A DNA stretch of 64,000 nucleotides, taken from Octopus vulgaris. Its lineage: Eukaryota. Below, piece after piece: positions 12,562 through 25,668 of the stretch. Both the position numbers and the translations under genes were made by a program. The stretch lies in NCBI GenBank assembly GCA_951406725.2, contig OX597815.1:128526001-128590000 (forward strand). Reading direction: 5' to 3'. The stretch's first letter is position 1. Every line of letters begins with the position of its first letter. The notes below the pieces were generated by a model that searched no databases, was not told the origin of the DNA, and was given only the letters and a program-made list of their open reading frames with translations.

Positions 12562-14339
12562 TTAATCCAGAATAGGCTCTTGCTCAATATTCACCCATAT
12601 CTTTCTACTTTTACAACCTTTTTTTGTCCTCCCAGCTGTTAGATATTTCTGTAGTATAAAACCCCTCTAATCTAAGATTCATAGGCACTATGTTGCCTTA
12701 TGACATCTTTTGTAATGGTTTTAAAAGTGTATAACACTAGCAACATTGTTATTTTATTTGTTGGTTGCTTTACTCAAGATGTTAACTCGCTTCTAGCATA
12801 TACAGATTAAGGCTTTTTGTATCTATATTCAAATCTTGTAAAGAGCAATAAACTAAGTACTAGTAATACACTGGCATGTAAATTAACTGCTAGTTTCTTC
12901 CATTTGCTTCTAAAGAAATGTTTTTGTGTCTAGTCAAAATAATAATTGAATTTTCATCATGCTGAGGTGTTTTAAATCTGTTAACATTTATTTTTAGAAC
13001 AAAACAAAACTACTTCAGGTCTAAAACAGGTATAGCTTGCTCTATTATAGCTGAATAATTCTATAACAGAACATAAATAAAATAGAAGTGGGAACTGGTG
13101 TTTTCTCCTTTAGAATAGAGAGTTCCTTACTTCCTTAAAAATGAATGTAAGTAAGGTTAGTATGATTTTTGTGATTTTGTGCATGTAAGGATTGGTTAAA
13201 GGATGTAGTTTTGTGTGGTACTGCTTCACATTTGAAGTTAATATCTAGAAGGAAGACTGTAATTGATACTTTAACAATTAATTGCATTTTAGTATTAATG
13301 CCATTATATACAAAGACATCAAAATAGATGCTATTGGATTTTTCTGACCTTTTCATCTCAGGCCAATATTTATGAAATATGTAGAAAATTTTAAGGTTTT
13401 GTTGTTTAGACTTTTGTTTATTATTTATATGTGGACATAGGTTACTGTTAGCTCATTTCCACTATATCAAGTTCATGTACTGCTTCTTTTTCCCTACTGA
13501 CACCATTTAAGTCACATCTCACTTATGATCTTTGTGGGGGAAAAACACGAACATTGTCAACCCATACGTTCTGTTCTAAAAATGTACAAGATTCATGCAT
13601 GTGAGTTCAACTTACTAAATAGTATGGGGACAGGGACAGGTATCACTCTAGTTTTGATATTCAGCTAAAAAAAGAAGAAACTTAGTTTTGCATCTGTAAC
13701 ACAGTGGGTTACAAGATAACTTTTATTGAATATGTATTGAATTTGGTTCAGTGATCAAAACATCACAACTTTGTTTTCTGAGTGTAAATATCTTTGTTGC
13801 ATATCATTTATGAGAAGAGTAATCTCTTAAGGCTTACCATCTGATCTGAGTGAAGCATTTAACACTGGTTTTTGTTTTCATATTATATAAAATTAAAAAC
13901 AAAATACTAGTAAACTGGCATTTCTCAATAAATATATCTACATTTTATCAGTGTAAAAATCAATCTCGTTTAATGTATTATACTTCAGTTAGCCTGTACT
14001 AATGCCCAGATATTGTTTGTTGCAATCAGTCTTCAAATTTAGAGCTGAAATAGCTTTCTTTGATCTATTTGGACCAACAGTACAATTTATATAAAGGACA
14101 TTGAAGAGATTCCATCATATTAGGTACTGATATATGTACACTTTTGGCAAATATAGCTCCTCAGTAGTTGTGAATTTCAACTGAAGGGTTAAATGTTCCC
14201 TTTTATGTTACCTAATTAGAATTTTTTAAAAATAATTTTATAAATTGTAATTAGAAAGAAAGGAGTGGGGGTGGTAGCTGAAAATATCAGGCAAAGTAGG
14301 TCATGTGCTAGTCATTTGCATAGTTAGTCAGGTCCAATG

Positions 14340-14665
14340 GCATAAAAAGTCATATCCAATGGCTGGCATAGCAGTATCTTCTTCATCATCTGGTACAATA
14401 ATAAAAGGAATACACTAGGGAAAGGAAACTAGAGGTATCAAATTGATAGACCAGGTTATGAAAGTCTATAAAAATGTTATATTGGGAAGAAAATTAGCCC
14501 AGGCTAGAATTGGCTTAATTTTTGGCCATGAAAAGTTACTACTGATGCTCTCTTTGTAATAAGACAGCTGCAAGAGATGAACAAGTAAGTGACTGCACTT
14601 AACACTTGTCAGCTTGGAGAAAGCTTTGATGTGGTTCCATGTTTTGTAATTTGGTTGTCAGTGAT
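14340..14665 (+). mobile_element. Old RTE-clade RT core fragment (frameshifted)
   Basis: Translates to RGIKLIDQVMKV, TTDALFVIRQLQE and LEKAFDVVP..VIW, matching RTE RT motifs (YRGIKL, TTDAIF..RQLQEK, DLEKAFDRVP). Confidence 0.75.
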
Positions 14666-15499
14666 TAACAACTAGTTAACTTGAGAAATCTTTGTCAATC
14701 CTGTGGATGAGGACTGAATGACTTCAGTGTAAAAAGCATGGAAAATTCTAGTTGCTAGTGACGTTGCTACAATTGGAAGCCATCTTAAAATGAGGCACAT
14801 ACTTGAATAGCCAAAGCAAGCTCAGGAGAAACTTAACTGACTATTGTCAGAAATATGTCAAAAGGAAATTCAAAGACCTTTTTCAGTGATACAATAATGC
14901 TAACACTACAGTAAATATAAGTTTTCACTTAAAATATTCATTGTGAATATCTTGCAAATATTTACATGAGACAAACAGATGCAAAAATATTTTTTAAAAT
15001 AGGAAAGTGTTTGTAGTGCTACCATTGTTAAATTGTCTGTAAACTGTTATGAAAAGTTGGGTTGCCCTATTTATTGCATCTTCAGCAGGCCTCGTTAGGT
15101 TGGCCCATCAAATACCTGGATGACATTCACCAGTTTATAACAAAGGTGTATAATATACCTGCTTGATTTGGGACCATGCATTGAAGCAGACTTTGGACCA
15201 TAGCACAGTCTACTTAATCATCAGATTCTGTTGAACCATCCACAGATGACATGTTAAATAATGATGTTGAGAACACATGTTTGTTTGATTTTACTGTGTT
15301 TGTATATTCTTTATTCTTTTACTGGTTTCAGTCACTAAGCTGTGGTTATGCTGGAACTCTACCATAAAAAGTTGACCACAGTCCATGTTTTAGCTACTTC
15401 TGTTTTTGAATGGCTGTGACCCCTTTTTTAATGGAAAAAAAGTCACAAATTGATGTACTAATAAAACACATATGCACGCGCACACACACACACACACAC

Positions 15500-15665
15500 A
15501 CATTCACTGTAGATGTCTGTATGGTTTCTGTCTACTGAATTCGTCTCACAAGTCATTAGTCAACTTGAGGCCATCGTAGAAGATGCTCAAGTTACTGAGC
15601 ACCCACAGCAAACACCAGAACCAAGTGGTTGCAAAGCAAACTTCATCACATAACTATGACTGTGT
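15500..15665 (-). mobile_element. SINE family B (decayed)
   Basis: gtttctgtctactgaattc...cacaag...ggccatcgtagaagat...caagtggttgcaaagcaaacttc is the reverse of the family B head. Confidence 0.55.
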
Positions 15666-17604
15666 ATGCATGTACGTACTCACTTTAAAATAATACAGTG
15701 GTGGGTATGCATGCTATGCAAACAACACTGAAAGCAAGGTAGGGAGGGAGATGTATATATAAACATACATGTGTATCCTGTATTTTTTAAATTTAAAGTA
15801 TATCCTTTTAAAGCAACTATTGAAGAGTTTACATATTTATATCCCAGGAAAAAGTTAGTGGTAATAGGAGCTGACATTTTAAATTAAATATCTAATGGTT
15901 TTGTCTTTCAGTTGCTTGTAGTAATAACATCTCCTCTTGAGAATATACAAAGTTAATAAATGTATGTTACATCTATGTATATTATATATATATATATATA
16001 GTTTGCGTTCATAGGATGTGTGTAAATATATGTTTATACATACATAGACGCAAGCATGGCTGTGTGGTTATAAAGTTCACTTAGTGACCATATTGTTTCA
16101 GATCTCATTGCATGTATCTTGAGCAAGCCACAGGCTGGTGAGTGCCCAGGGATTCAAATTCATAGATGGAGGCTGTAGACCCCACCTCTTTCTATTAACA
16201 CAGTTTGAATGAAAACTATATTGTTGTTAACCAGTAAAAAAGAAAATAAAAGTCAGTTTCAATGTGTGAGAACCAATGGAATAAAAAGCTTGACAGACTC
16301 AGCATTGCTATGATTATCCAAAGATAATACCAAGGGCAATTACTGAAAATTGTTTGACTGAACTTGGTGGATAAACTGACCATGGGGAAAAGCATCTCTT
16401 CTCAAATGATCAGTTTCATCTTGATAACATCAATTGTTGGAAGCCCTGATGGTGTCAGGGATTGAATGAGTGATCAAATAAGTTTTGCTTACCCTTACTT
16501 CAGTGAAAATAAAGATCTTAATTTTAATATTACTTGTAATGCGTGTCGAAGTTAGCATTTTACTGCATGATGTTACTTTTGGTACAATCGTCGGTCAGTG
16601 TTGGTGACCTATTTGTGTGTATGTGTACATTGTGTGATTGACCAGACTATCACATGTTATGCATTGTTGGTTGTATTGTGCTTTGCATCATTTTAGCTTG
16701 TGAATGATGCCACCCTGCTGGTTAGGTGAGCCAGCCAACATTCCCTCTGATTAGAAGACTGGTCTGTGCAGGGTTACCTTTTTACAATTGAGTAGAATGG
16801 AGTGGCAGGAAGGACCTCCTGATAGAGTCAAAGTAGCTGTGATGCTATGATGGGCAATTTAAACCTAGCAGAAACCATCCTTTTTCCAGGTCTGAACACA
16901 GCCTATTTCTTCCAAAGAGAAAGAGAACTGACCCCCAGTACTGAACTGGAGTGGTACTATAATTATCACTCACTCTGCCTCATAAGAATGAAAGGCAAAG
17001 CATTCTTTACAGCATTTTGTATATATGTATGTGAGTGTGTATATGTATATATTTATATAGATATATATGCATGTAATAAATAGGTATATTATAAATATTG
17101 ATATACTATGTGATGTTGTGTCTGACTTATATTGTTGACTGAATGATTGAATAAAATTCCGAGTGTATTTCCTAATGTCTGTCAGAGTAGTTCACTGCTT
17201 GATGATAGTAGTCGAACTAATAGATAACAAAGCAGTCAGTAGTGATCAGTGATCAATAATAAGCTGAGGCAGCAACTTATTTTTACTTGGCTAATCTGCT
17301 TGCTCTTCTTACCTTCTGTTTTCACATCTATTTTGTCGCTACTATTCATCCACCCCTTTCTAACACCTCACTTTATTGGTTATTAATTAAAAAAAAATAG
17401 ACAAGGAAGAAAAAAGTCATGCTTTTTTGCCAACACCTAATCATTGCATTTCCACAACATTGATTTTTCTATTTTAAAAAATATTCTGTTGTGTTTTTCT
17501 AATTATTTCGAATTAGTATTATTGTGAAAAATAAATAAGAATTAAAACAATTCTTGCTGTTTCGTATAATCTTTATTTTTACTTTTTAGTTTTATTTCAT
17601 TATA

Positions 17605-17979
17605 TCTTTATATATTAAAGTGAAGTTGTGTGTCTGTCTCCTTCGATTTAGATTCCTAACTACTCCCACATTTTGCGGTGCAGTGTAACCAAAAGCGGGT
17701 ATCTTATAGTCGTGATTCATATCGAGCCCTTCTGGGTATTAGCGCGCGTCTACGATGAGTCTACGATTAAAAAAAAAATTTACTATCATTTTTTTCGCTA
17801 TTATATAAGGGAAGTAACTCTCTAAAAATGTCTACGATGAGTCAACGATTTAAAAAAAAATTTACCATAATTTTTTTTCCATTTTTAATGCATTTTTTTG
17901 CTATTTTTTGGCTATAACTCTCTAAAAATGCTATATAGTTATTTCCCTTACAAACCCGAGCAACGCCGGGCGAGACTGC

Positions 17980-17982
<3 letters not shown>
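17605..17982 (+). mobile_element. Non-autonomous Helitron (young) with an internal tandem duplication
   Basis: Starts A|TC (tctttatatattaaag) and ends cccgagcaacgccgggcgagactgCTAT. The last ~125 bp match the Helitron at 12075. CpG-rich; the gtctacgatgagtc...aaaatttac unit occurs twice. Confidence 0.85.
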
Positions 17983-18016
<34 letters not shown>

Positions 18017-19224
18017 TTCTTATAAATGTTATTTATGCTCTTGTGTAATTGATGATATTGAGGACAATCTAGATTTCTGGTGCAACACAGCTTTACAAAA
18101 TGATTTTATCTATTCTTTTTGTTATTCACTAACAGGGATAATATTGTTACTTGCTTATGCAAAAAAAAAAAAAAAGGTCTGTGCCTATAACATGTTTGGC
18201 TGTTTACTACTACTAAGGTTCAACTGAAGCAAGAAAAATAAATAAAACATTAGTTTGGTTTCAACATGGCTACAAAAGAGCCCTATATATTTTGGTGTAC
18301 CCCTCCCTCCGTCAGAAGATGTAGGCTAGTATTTCTACTAAAACAACTACTACTGCAGCCTGGATGGGTATACTACAGTATCTATATGTTCTGTTTGGCT
18401 GGAAATTCCTTAAAGAAAATATTATGTCTGTATGTGCACATTGTGTGTCTCTGCTCACATTGTGTATATGTCTGTGCATGTATTGTACACATAAGCATAT
18501 GTCTGTACATGCATTGTACACACTAATGTATGTTTGTAAGTGCACATTTGCGTGTGTGCACATTGAATAAAATTTCAAGGATTTGACTTCCTGTATTTAT
18601 GTGTTAGTAATAATGCGCTTGAATTTCCTTCTCTGCTCTGTTATTCAAAGTCATTGCTGTGTTGGAGTTTTATCAGAGGTTTTGAAGGCAGCTTTAAATG
18701 CTTCTGTGACTGACATTCCTCTACATAAATAGGGTGTTAGTTTTGTGTCCCAGTTTTCTATTGAAGAGTGGATTTGACCTCTGCATTGCAGCCTATTTGA
18801 ATAGCTTCATAGTTATATAATAATGTTCTTCCCTACTGACTACTGCAATAAGTTGTCCCCCTCTCTTATATATACATATATGTGTGTGCGTGTCTGTATG
18901 GCTTGGTAGACTGGACTTTTGAGAGTTAAATGTTTTGTCCTGGGACAAAACTTTGCCAATAGCTTGATACAGGCTGTTTATTTTAGCCAGTAAAAGCAAA
19001 ATGAGGAGATGTGTTAGTTTACCATAAGAGGAAATAATGCTTTAGGCTGAACCGTTCATTTTCATATGAAAATCTCTTTCTGAAGTATTAGATATTTTTA
19101 TCTTCAAACTTAATGGTTTTTCTTTTTTTAAATTGAATTGATTCTTGTCAATGCAAGCCAGTGCTAGTCTTTATACACTCTAAATGTGTGTATGTATGTG
19201 TGCCTTTTAATTTAACATGATAGA

Positions 19225-19470
19225 CATGCTGCATGGTTGCAGAGTTTGCTTCCTAACCATATGGTTTCAGGTTCAATCCCACTGCATGGCACCTTGGGCA
19301 AGTATCTTCCACTATAGGTGCAGGAGTCGCTGTGTGGTAAGAAGCTTGCTTCCCAACGACATGGTTCCGGGTTCAGTCCCACTGCATGGCACCTTGGGCA
19401 AGTGTCTTCTATAGCCTCAGGCTGACCAAAGCCTTGTGTGTGGACTTGGTAGAAATAAGCCTGTCATGTG
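19225..19470 (+). mobile_element. SINE family B: two tRNA-like heads in tandem plus body
   Basis: ggttcartcccactgcatggcaccttgggcaagt occurs twice (~19270 and ~19370); B-box-like ggttcaatccc; CORE-like caccttgggcaagt. Confidence 0.75.
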
Positions 19471-19493
19471 TGTATATATATATATATATATGC

Positions 19494-20706
19494 CATCATC
19501 ATCATCATCATCATTGTTTGACATCTGCTTTCCATGCTAGCATGGGTTGGACGATTTGACTGAGGTCTGGTGAACTAGATGGCTGCACCAGACTCCAATC
19601 TGATCTGGCAGAGCTTCTACAGCTGGATGCCCTTCCTAATGCCAACCACTCCGAGAGTGTAGTGGGTGCTTTTACATGCCACCTGCACAGGAGCCAGTGC
19701 AGTGGCACTGGCAACGACCTCGCTCGGATGTTTTTTTTTTTCACGTGCCACCAGCACAAGTGCTAGTAAGGCGATGCTGGTAACGATCACACTTGAATGG
19801 TGTTTTTAACGAGCTATCGGTACAGAGGCCAGCTTGTTGCTCTGGCAGTGATCTCACTCATCTGGTACTCTTAGTGCTCCACTAGCACGGATGCCATTCA
19901 TTGAATTTGATTTTGATTTCACTTGCCTCAACAGGTCTTTGCAAGCAGAGTTTAGTGTCCAATGAAGGAAAGGCACGTATAGGTGGACTGGTTACACCCC
20001 TGGCATAGGCCACAAGGTTATGGTCTCACTTGCGCTTGCTGAGTCTTCTCAAGCACAGCATATTTCCAGAGGTCCCAGTCACTAGTCATTGTCTCGGTGA
20101 GGCCCAATTTTCGAAGGTCATGCTTCACCACCTCATCCTAGGTCTTCCTATGTCTACCTCTTCCACAGGTTCCCTCAACTGCTGGGTGTGGCACTTTTTC
20201 ACACAACTATCCACATCCATTCTCGCCACATGACCATACCAGCGCAGTTGTCTCTCTTGCACACCACATCTGATGCTTCGTAGGTCCAACCTTTCTCTCA
20301 AGACAATAACACTCTGTTGAGTATGCACACTGACATTACACATCCATTGGAGCATGCTGGCTTCATTTCTTGCGAGCTTATGCATGTCCTCTGCAGTCAC
20401 GGCCCATGTTTCACTGCCATGTAACATGGCTGTTTGTACGAGTTCTCTCGTAAGAGTTCTCTGAACTTTGCCCAAGCTATACTTATTCTAGCAGCTACAC
20501 TTTCAGTGCACCCTCCCCCGCTTACTGACTTGGTCACCTAGGTAACGGAAGCTATCAACTACTTCTAGTTTTTCTCCCTGGAATGTGGCGAAAGTTGTTC
20601 TCTGCACATTTTCAGTGTTATTTATTGCTCCCGAGCATCTGCCACATACAAAAACATCCTCCCAGTTAGCCTTCCTTTGATATTGCTGCACCTCTTATGT
20701 GTCCAT
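19494..20706 (-). mobile_element. 5'-truncated RTE-clade LINE (RT C-terminal half, 3' UTR, (GAT)n tail)
   Basis: Frames give [42 protein letters not shown] and QERQLRWYGHVARMD; frameshifts and an internal deletion; (CAT)n on the plus strand at 19494-19513. Confidence 0.9.
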
Positions 20707-20711
20707 ATCTT

Positions 20712-20910
20712 GTGTCTGTGTTTGTACTCCCTCCATTGCTTGACAACCGATGTTGGTGTGTTTACATCACCGTAACCTTGCTGTTCAGCAAAAGAGACTA
20801 ACGGAATAAGTACTAGGCTTACAAAGAATAAGTCCTGGGGTTGATTTGTTCGACTAAAAGGTGGTGCTTCAGCATGGCTGCAGACAAATTACTGAAACAA
20901 GTAAAAGAAT
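20712..20910 (+). mobile_element. SINE family B 3' module
   Basis: gcttgacaaccgatgttggtgtgtttacatc...gaataagtactaggcttac...cagcatggctgcag...actgaaacaagtaaaaga; also present at 27960-28170. Confidence 0.7.
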
Positions 20911-21914
20911 ATAGCTCCAAACCAACCATAGCCTTGTGAGTGGATTTGATAGGCAAAATCTGAAAGAAACCTATCGTGTTTGTGCATGTGTGTGTGTATT
21001 TTATATCATGCATTAGTTGTAAATGAATATCATCCTCATGCAATTGTATTTTTTCCAACCTGCCTTTAAAATATGTCCAGCTAAGGGGTTATATTACCTT
21101 GCTTGGAAACCGGTGAGGGCTGGTGATAGAAAAAGGCATCTGACCATAGAAAATCTACCTCAACAAATTCCATCTGATCACCCAAGCAAGTGCAAAAAAA
21201 TGCACATGATGATGATGATGACTTACATTTAACTGTTCACCATTGTGCAATTCTCAATGTTGTAATTCTTCAAGCAATTATATTTCAAAGCAAAAGAGTA
21301 AAATTATTTTATGAATATATACTTACCCAAATAGGAAAAGAAAAAAAAAGTGAGTTGGTCACTCTCCATTGCTATTACTCCTTGATTTAGAATTCAGTTG
21401 TTAAATTTATCTGCTGCAAATATATACCTATAACTTTACCTAATGTTAATAGTTCAACATGGAGAATGTTTGAAAAAGTCCGACAGTTGACCTTTTTCAT
21501 TTAGTCTTGAAGATATTAGAAGTATTCATTGGACAGTATTTAACTGCAAGATGTAACTAGCATTCTATTTTGAAAGACAATTGCTGACACTAAAATAGTG
21601 CTGAAAGTATTTGGAAGCCTTTCAAAGTGTTCATATATTAAATTGTAAATCACAGTTTAAATCTATTAGGGTTGAGTAGTTTGTGTTTTAGTAAAAGCTA
21701 ATCAGTAATAACTCAATAAATATGTTTATGCATGTCAGTTATAGTTTCCTCTTAAAGCTTTTTATAGTTTACTGGCTCAAACCATTGGCATAGATTTGTT
21801 TCCAGGCAAGATGACTTATATTTATCTTTAGTGAACTATACTGAGGATATTTACAAAGTATTTTTTTTTAGAACAATGCAGTCAACACTTGTAGAGTATT
21901 TGATAACAACAATA

Positions 21915-22130
21915 ATAATAATCCTTTCTACAATAGACACAATTGTGGGGGAAGGAACGAGTCGATTACAATTGACCCAAGTGTTTCGCTGGTACTTAAT
22001 TTATTGACTCCAAAAGGATGAAATTTAAAGCCGACCTCAGCAGATTTTGAACTCAGAACATAGCGATGGGCAAAATTCCACTAAGCATTTCATCCAGCAT
22101 GCTAATGATTCTGCCAGTTCATTGCCTTAA
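21915..22130 (-). mobile_element. SINE family A
   Basis: Reverse complement of the 3088-3311 family, with (TAA)n or (CAA)n on both flanks. Confidence 0.8.
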
Positions 22131-22159
22131 CAACAACAACAACAATAATAATAATAATA

Positions 22160-22515
22160 CTAAAAACTGCTAAAAGACAAAATTGCAAGAATGTGGGCAA
22201 TGAGGAGTGTAACTGTTATCCCAGTAGTTGTAGAGGCACTTGGATCACTAACAACCTGGTCCGAGAAATATATTGGAGAAATTGGGATTGACTTGAGGGG
22301 AGAACAAACCCCCAAAAACTGCTCTGTTGGGGACAGTTAGGATTTTGAGATTTGTGCTTGGATGTTGAATGTATTCCACAATGAGTTAACATCCAAGTAC
22401 CAGACCTTACACTTTGTGGTAAGAGACCCTGTGAGACCTCTGACAACAGGCTACTGTCTGCCCCCACAGATTCAATTAGAGCAAGTAAGATCAAGAGCTA
22501 TGGAGAGTAAAATGA
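22160..22515 (+). mobile_element. 3' end of an R4/Dong-clade (RLE) non-LTR retrotransposon
   Basis: 22167-22368 translates, with one frameshift, to LLKDKIARMWAMRSVTVIPVVVEALGSL...GEIGIDL...QKTALLGTVRILRFVLGC*. This is the typical R4/Dong C-terminus (L..EI.R.W....V.VIPVVVGALG...QKTALLGTARILR.VL). Flanked by (TAA)n. Confidence 0.85.
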
Positions 22516-22746
22516 TAATAATAATCCTTTCTACTATAGGCACAAGACATGAAATTTTTTGTGGGGGAGGAGACTAGTCAATTACATTGACCCCAGTACC
22601 TGACTGGTATAGTACTTATTTTATTAACTCTGAAAGATGAAGGGCAAAGTCAACCTTGGCGAAATTTGAACTCGGAATGTAGCGACAGACAAAATACCAT
22701 TAAACACTTTGCCCGGCATGCTAACGATTCTGCCAGCTTGCCACCT

Positions 22747-22748
<2 letters not shown>
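22516..22748 (-). mobile_element. SINE family A
   Basis: ataatcctttctactataggcacaag...caaagtcaaccttggcgaaatttgaactc...gccacctt, followed by (AAT)n. Confidence 0.8.
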
Positions 22749-22778
<30 letters not shown>

Positions 22779-23109
22779 TTCCAAATTTCAAGACAATGTC
22801 AGCAATTCAAGGGGTAGAGATTTGTCAATTACCTAGTCCCCAGTGCTTGATGACACTTAATTTTATCAACCCTCCAAAAAATGAGACAAAGTTGACCTTA
22901 GCAGGATTTGAGCTTGGAATGTAAAGAGAAGCTAATTGTAATGATGATGGTATATATCACATATAGATATAACATGCTTGTATTTTATTACTAGTACTCT
23001 GTCTGTCTCTCTCTGCCATACTTACAGGCATCAATGGGTAAGATACAGCGGTAATTTCCTGTTGCCTTCTTGTAATTTATACACAATTTACTCTGCTACT
23101 CTCCAGAGC

Positions 23110-23300
23110 TTATCCTTGAGGCACAGGGGTTTATTTAACTCTTAGCAACACTGGTTAATATGATGTAAGATCGTGTCTACACCCTAGTGGACCTGTGTGA
23201 CTTGTGTCTGGACCTGTTCTCCTCTAAGCCTTAACTGTTTTTAGTTACAAAACCATCATCATCATCTACTACTTGGCCAATAATTAAGGCCCTTGACAGT
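23110..23300 (+). repeat. Unclassified old interspersed repeat (second copy at ~27520-27705)
   Basis: The blocks gaggcacarg, atttaac, gtggacctgtgtga, catctacta and gcccttgacag appear in the same order at both loci. Confidence 0.6.
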
Positions 23301-24147
23301 ACTACCACCCTATACTAGAACACACAATACATTAACACTATTGTGTGTGTTCAAGATATTTAAATGCAATTTTGAATTATAAAATGAGTTTTAGAATTAT
23401 GTTGTGTCAAAGCTTTGTACAGATAGAAAACAGTGATAAACATTATCAGAGGAGCTTGTGTATCTGTGGATGGGTACGACAGGTTCAGAATAACTTCCTA
23501 TTGTAAGGAATGGATTGTGTTTTGTTAGCTTGCAGTGCCTAGTTAAATTCTGTATTAGTGATCTGTGCAGGAATTAAGTTCTTTACTTGTCCCAGCTCTG
23601 TTATTTGGGTTGACCATTTATAAAAGAGGAATGTAGCTCAACTGGTAATCAAACATGTGTTAGTGACTCAGCTAACTGGAAATTTCACTCTAACCTATAA
23701 CATTTTCTTTCTGCTACAAATGCATTTGCATTGGCCAGCATTTTGTAAATATGGGATTTTGGTAACAGAATTAACTTTTTGTCCTTTTACTAAATTATTT
23801 TTCTCCATCTGCAAACAATTGAAGCTAAAATTTGGCCTTCCACACAAACAAAATTTAAATTGATATTACCATTTGATAACAGACATATCAGTCAAGCAAG
23901 TAAGCTTGTGAGATTACTGAGTAACAGGATATGGTGTTATGGAAAGAGAATGATAGGAAAATGGTCTTTCATGCTAAATGCTGTACATTTTGTCCATTTA
24001 TTCATCATAATGAGACTGTGCTGAACATTGAAGTACTTGCTAAATATGATGTGTAACTATAGTGGTACTCTAATAGACATATCAAGTTGGTCATAGACAA
24101 AACATTAAAACTAAACAACAAGGCTATGATTTTAAATTATATAAAAC

Positions 24148-24716
24148 AGGAGGAGGATAGATGTATAAAGAAGTGCTGATCTCTAACTGTGGAGGAACCT
24201 GTAGTAGAGGTAGACCCAGGAAAACATGGGATGAAGTGGTGAAACATGATCTTTGAACTTTGGGCCTCATGGAGGCGATGACTAGTGACTGAGACCATTG
24301 GCAATATACTGTGCTTGAAAAGACCAGTCAAACCAAGTGAAATCATAGTCATGGCCGATGCTGGTGTTATGTAACTGGCACATAAAAAGTACCTTTTGAG
24401 CAATTGGGCCTCACAGAATCAATTTGGCATGTATAAAGCACCTTTCAAGCACTGGGCCTCACTGAGGCAATGATAAATGACTGAGACCTTTGCAGTACTT
24501 GAGAAGAACTATCAAGCCAAATGAATTCGTAGTCACGGCAGATACTGGTGTCATGCAACTGAGATCCATGCCAGTGGCATGTAAAAGCATCCATTACACT
24601 CTGGTTGGTATTAGGAAGGGCATCCAGCTGTAGAAACCATACCAAATCAGACTGGTCAAACTGTCTAACCCATGCCAGCATGGACAACGAATGTTAACTG
24701 ATGATGATGATGATGA
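24148..24716 (+). mobile_element. RTE LINE 3' end
   Basis: RGRPRKTWDEVVKHDL-type C-terminus (agaggtagacccaggaaaacatgggatgaagtggtg), then UTR and (GAT)n tail. Confidence 0.85.
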
Positions 24717-25668
24717 ATAAGATTAGAGCCACTGGTAAGACTTAGATCACACATCTATTATATGTTGGGTGACCACATTGACAGTCACATTGCAGTGTCT
24801 ACCATTCCTTTGTATCAAACAGTGTGCAGAAATTCTACTGATATAAACAGTGAATTGGACAACTCTCCTTGATTTGAGTTCAAATCTTGCTGAAGTCAAC
24901 GTTACCTTTCGTCCTTTAGGAGATCAAAAAAATTCCTTAAATATATAGTTGCAGTATGACCAAACAGTTAAGAGGTTCGCTTTGCACTCATAATGTATAA
25001 GGGACGATTACATGATATGGCATCTTAGGCAATTTTCATTTAATGGGGTGCCCCAGCATTGTCATAGGCTCTAGCTGAAATTGATAATTAAAGAATAGGA
25101 ATCATAGATGATAGGTTGACAGAACTGTAAAAACATCAGACAAGACACCATATCTTGCAGTATCTGTTCCAGTTCTTTACTTTCTGATAGCAATACCTAC
25201 AATACAGATGCCAAACTGTATCAGCCCTTAAGCTGTGGTGGACTTTCTTTTGTTCAACATCAGTACATGGGAAGAGAAGACCTGTATGCATGAGCCACTG
25301 CCAGTCTTCTATTTTGGCCATTTTTGTGTAGATGCATGATCGACATTGACAGAGGCCATAGATAAACAAACAGTTCTACTTCTCTCCACAGTCTATACTG
25401 CCCCATTGGATAAACATTCTATTATTGTCTAATATAGTGAAGTATTGCTTCTCTACAATGTTTATGAGAATTAACTTAAAGGACATAAACACATTATAAA
25501 TTAATAAGTATTTTAATGTAAATAATGACATTATAAGCAGTAATTTTTTTATATGTTTGTGTATATGTACAGCATGATAGTAAATACTTCATTATTGAAT
25601 TGGAACATTGGACATAGTTTCTGGTTAGATTATATGAAATTAGAATTTTATTATTGTATATTGTGCTA

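Noticed and set aside
25136-25400. Possible decayed LINE endonuclease or exon
   Set aside because: Only a vague resemblance; no convincing motif in any frame.
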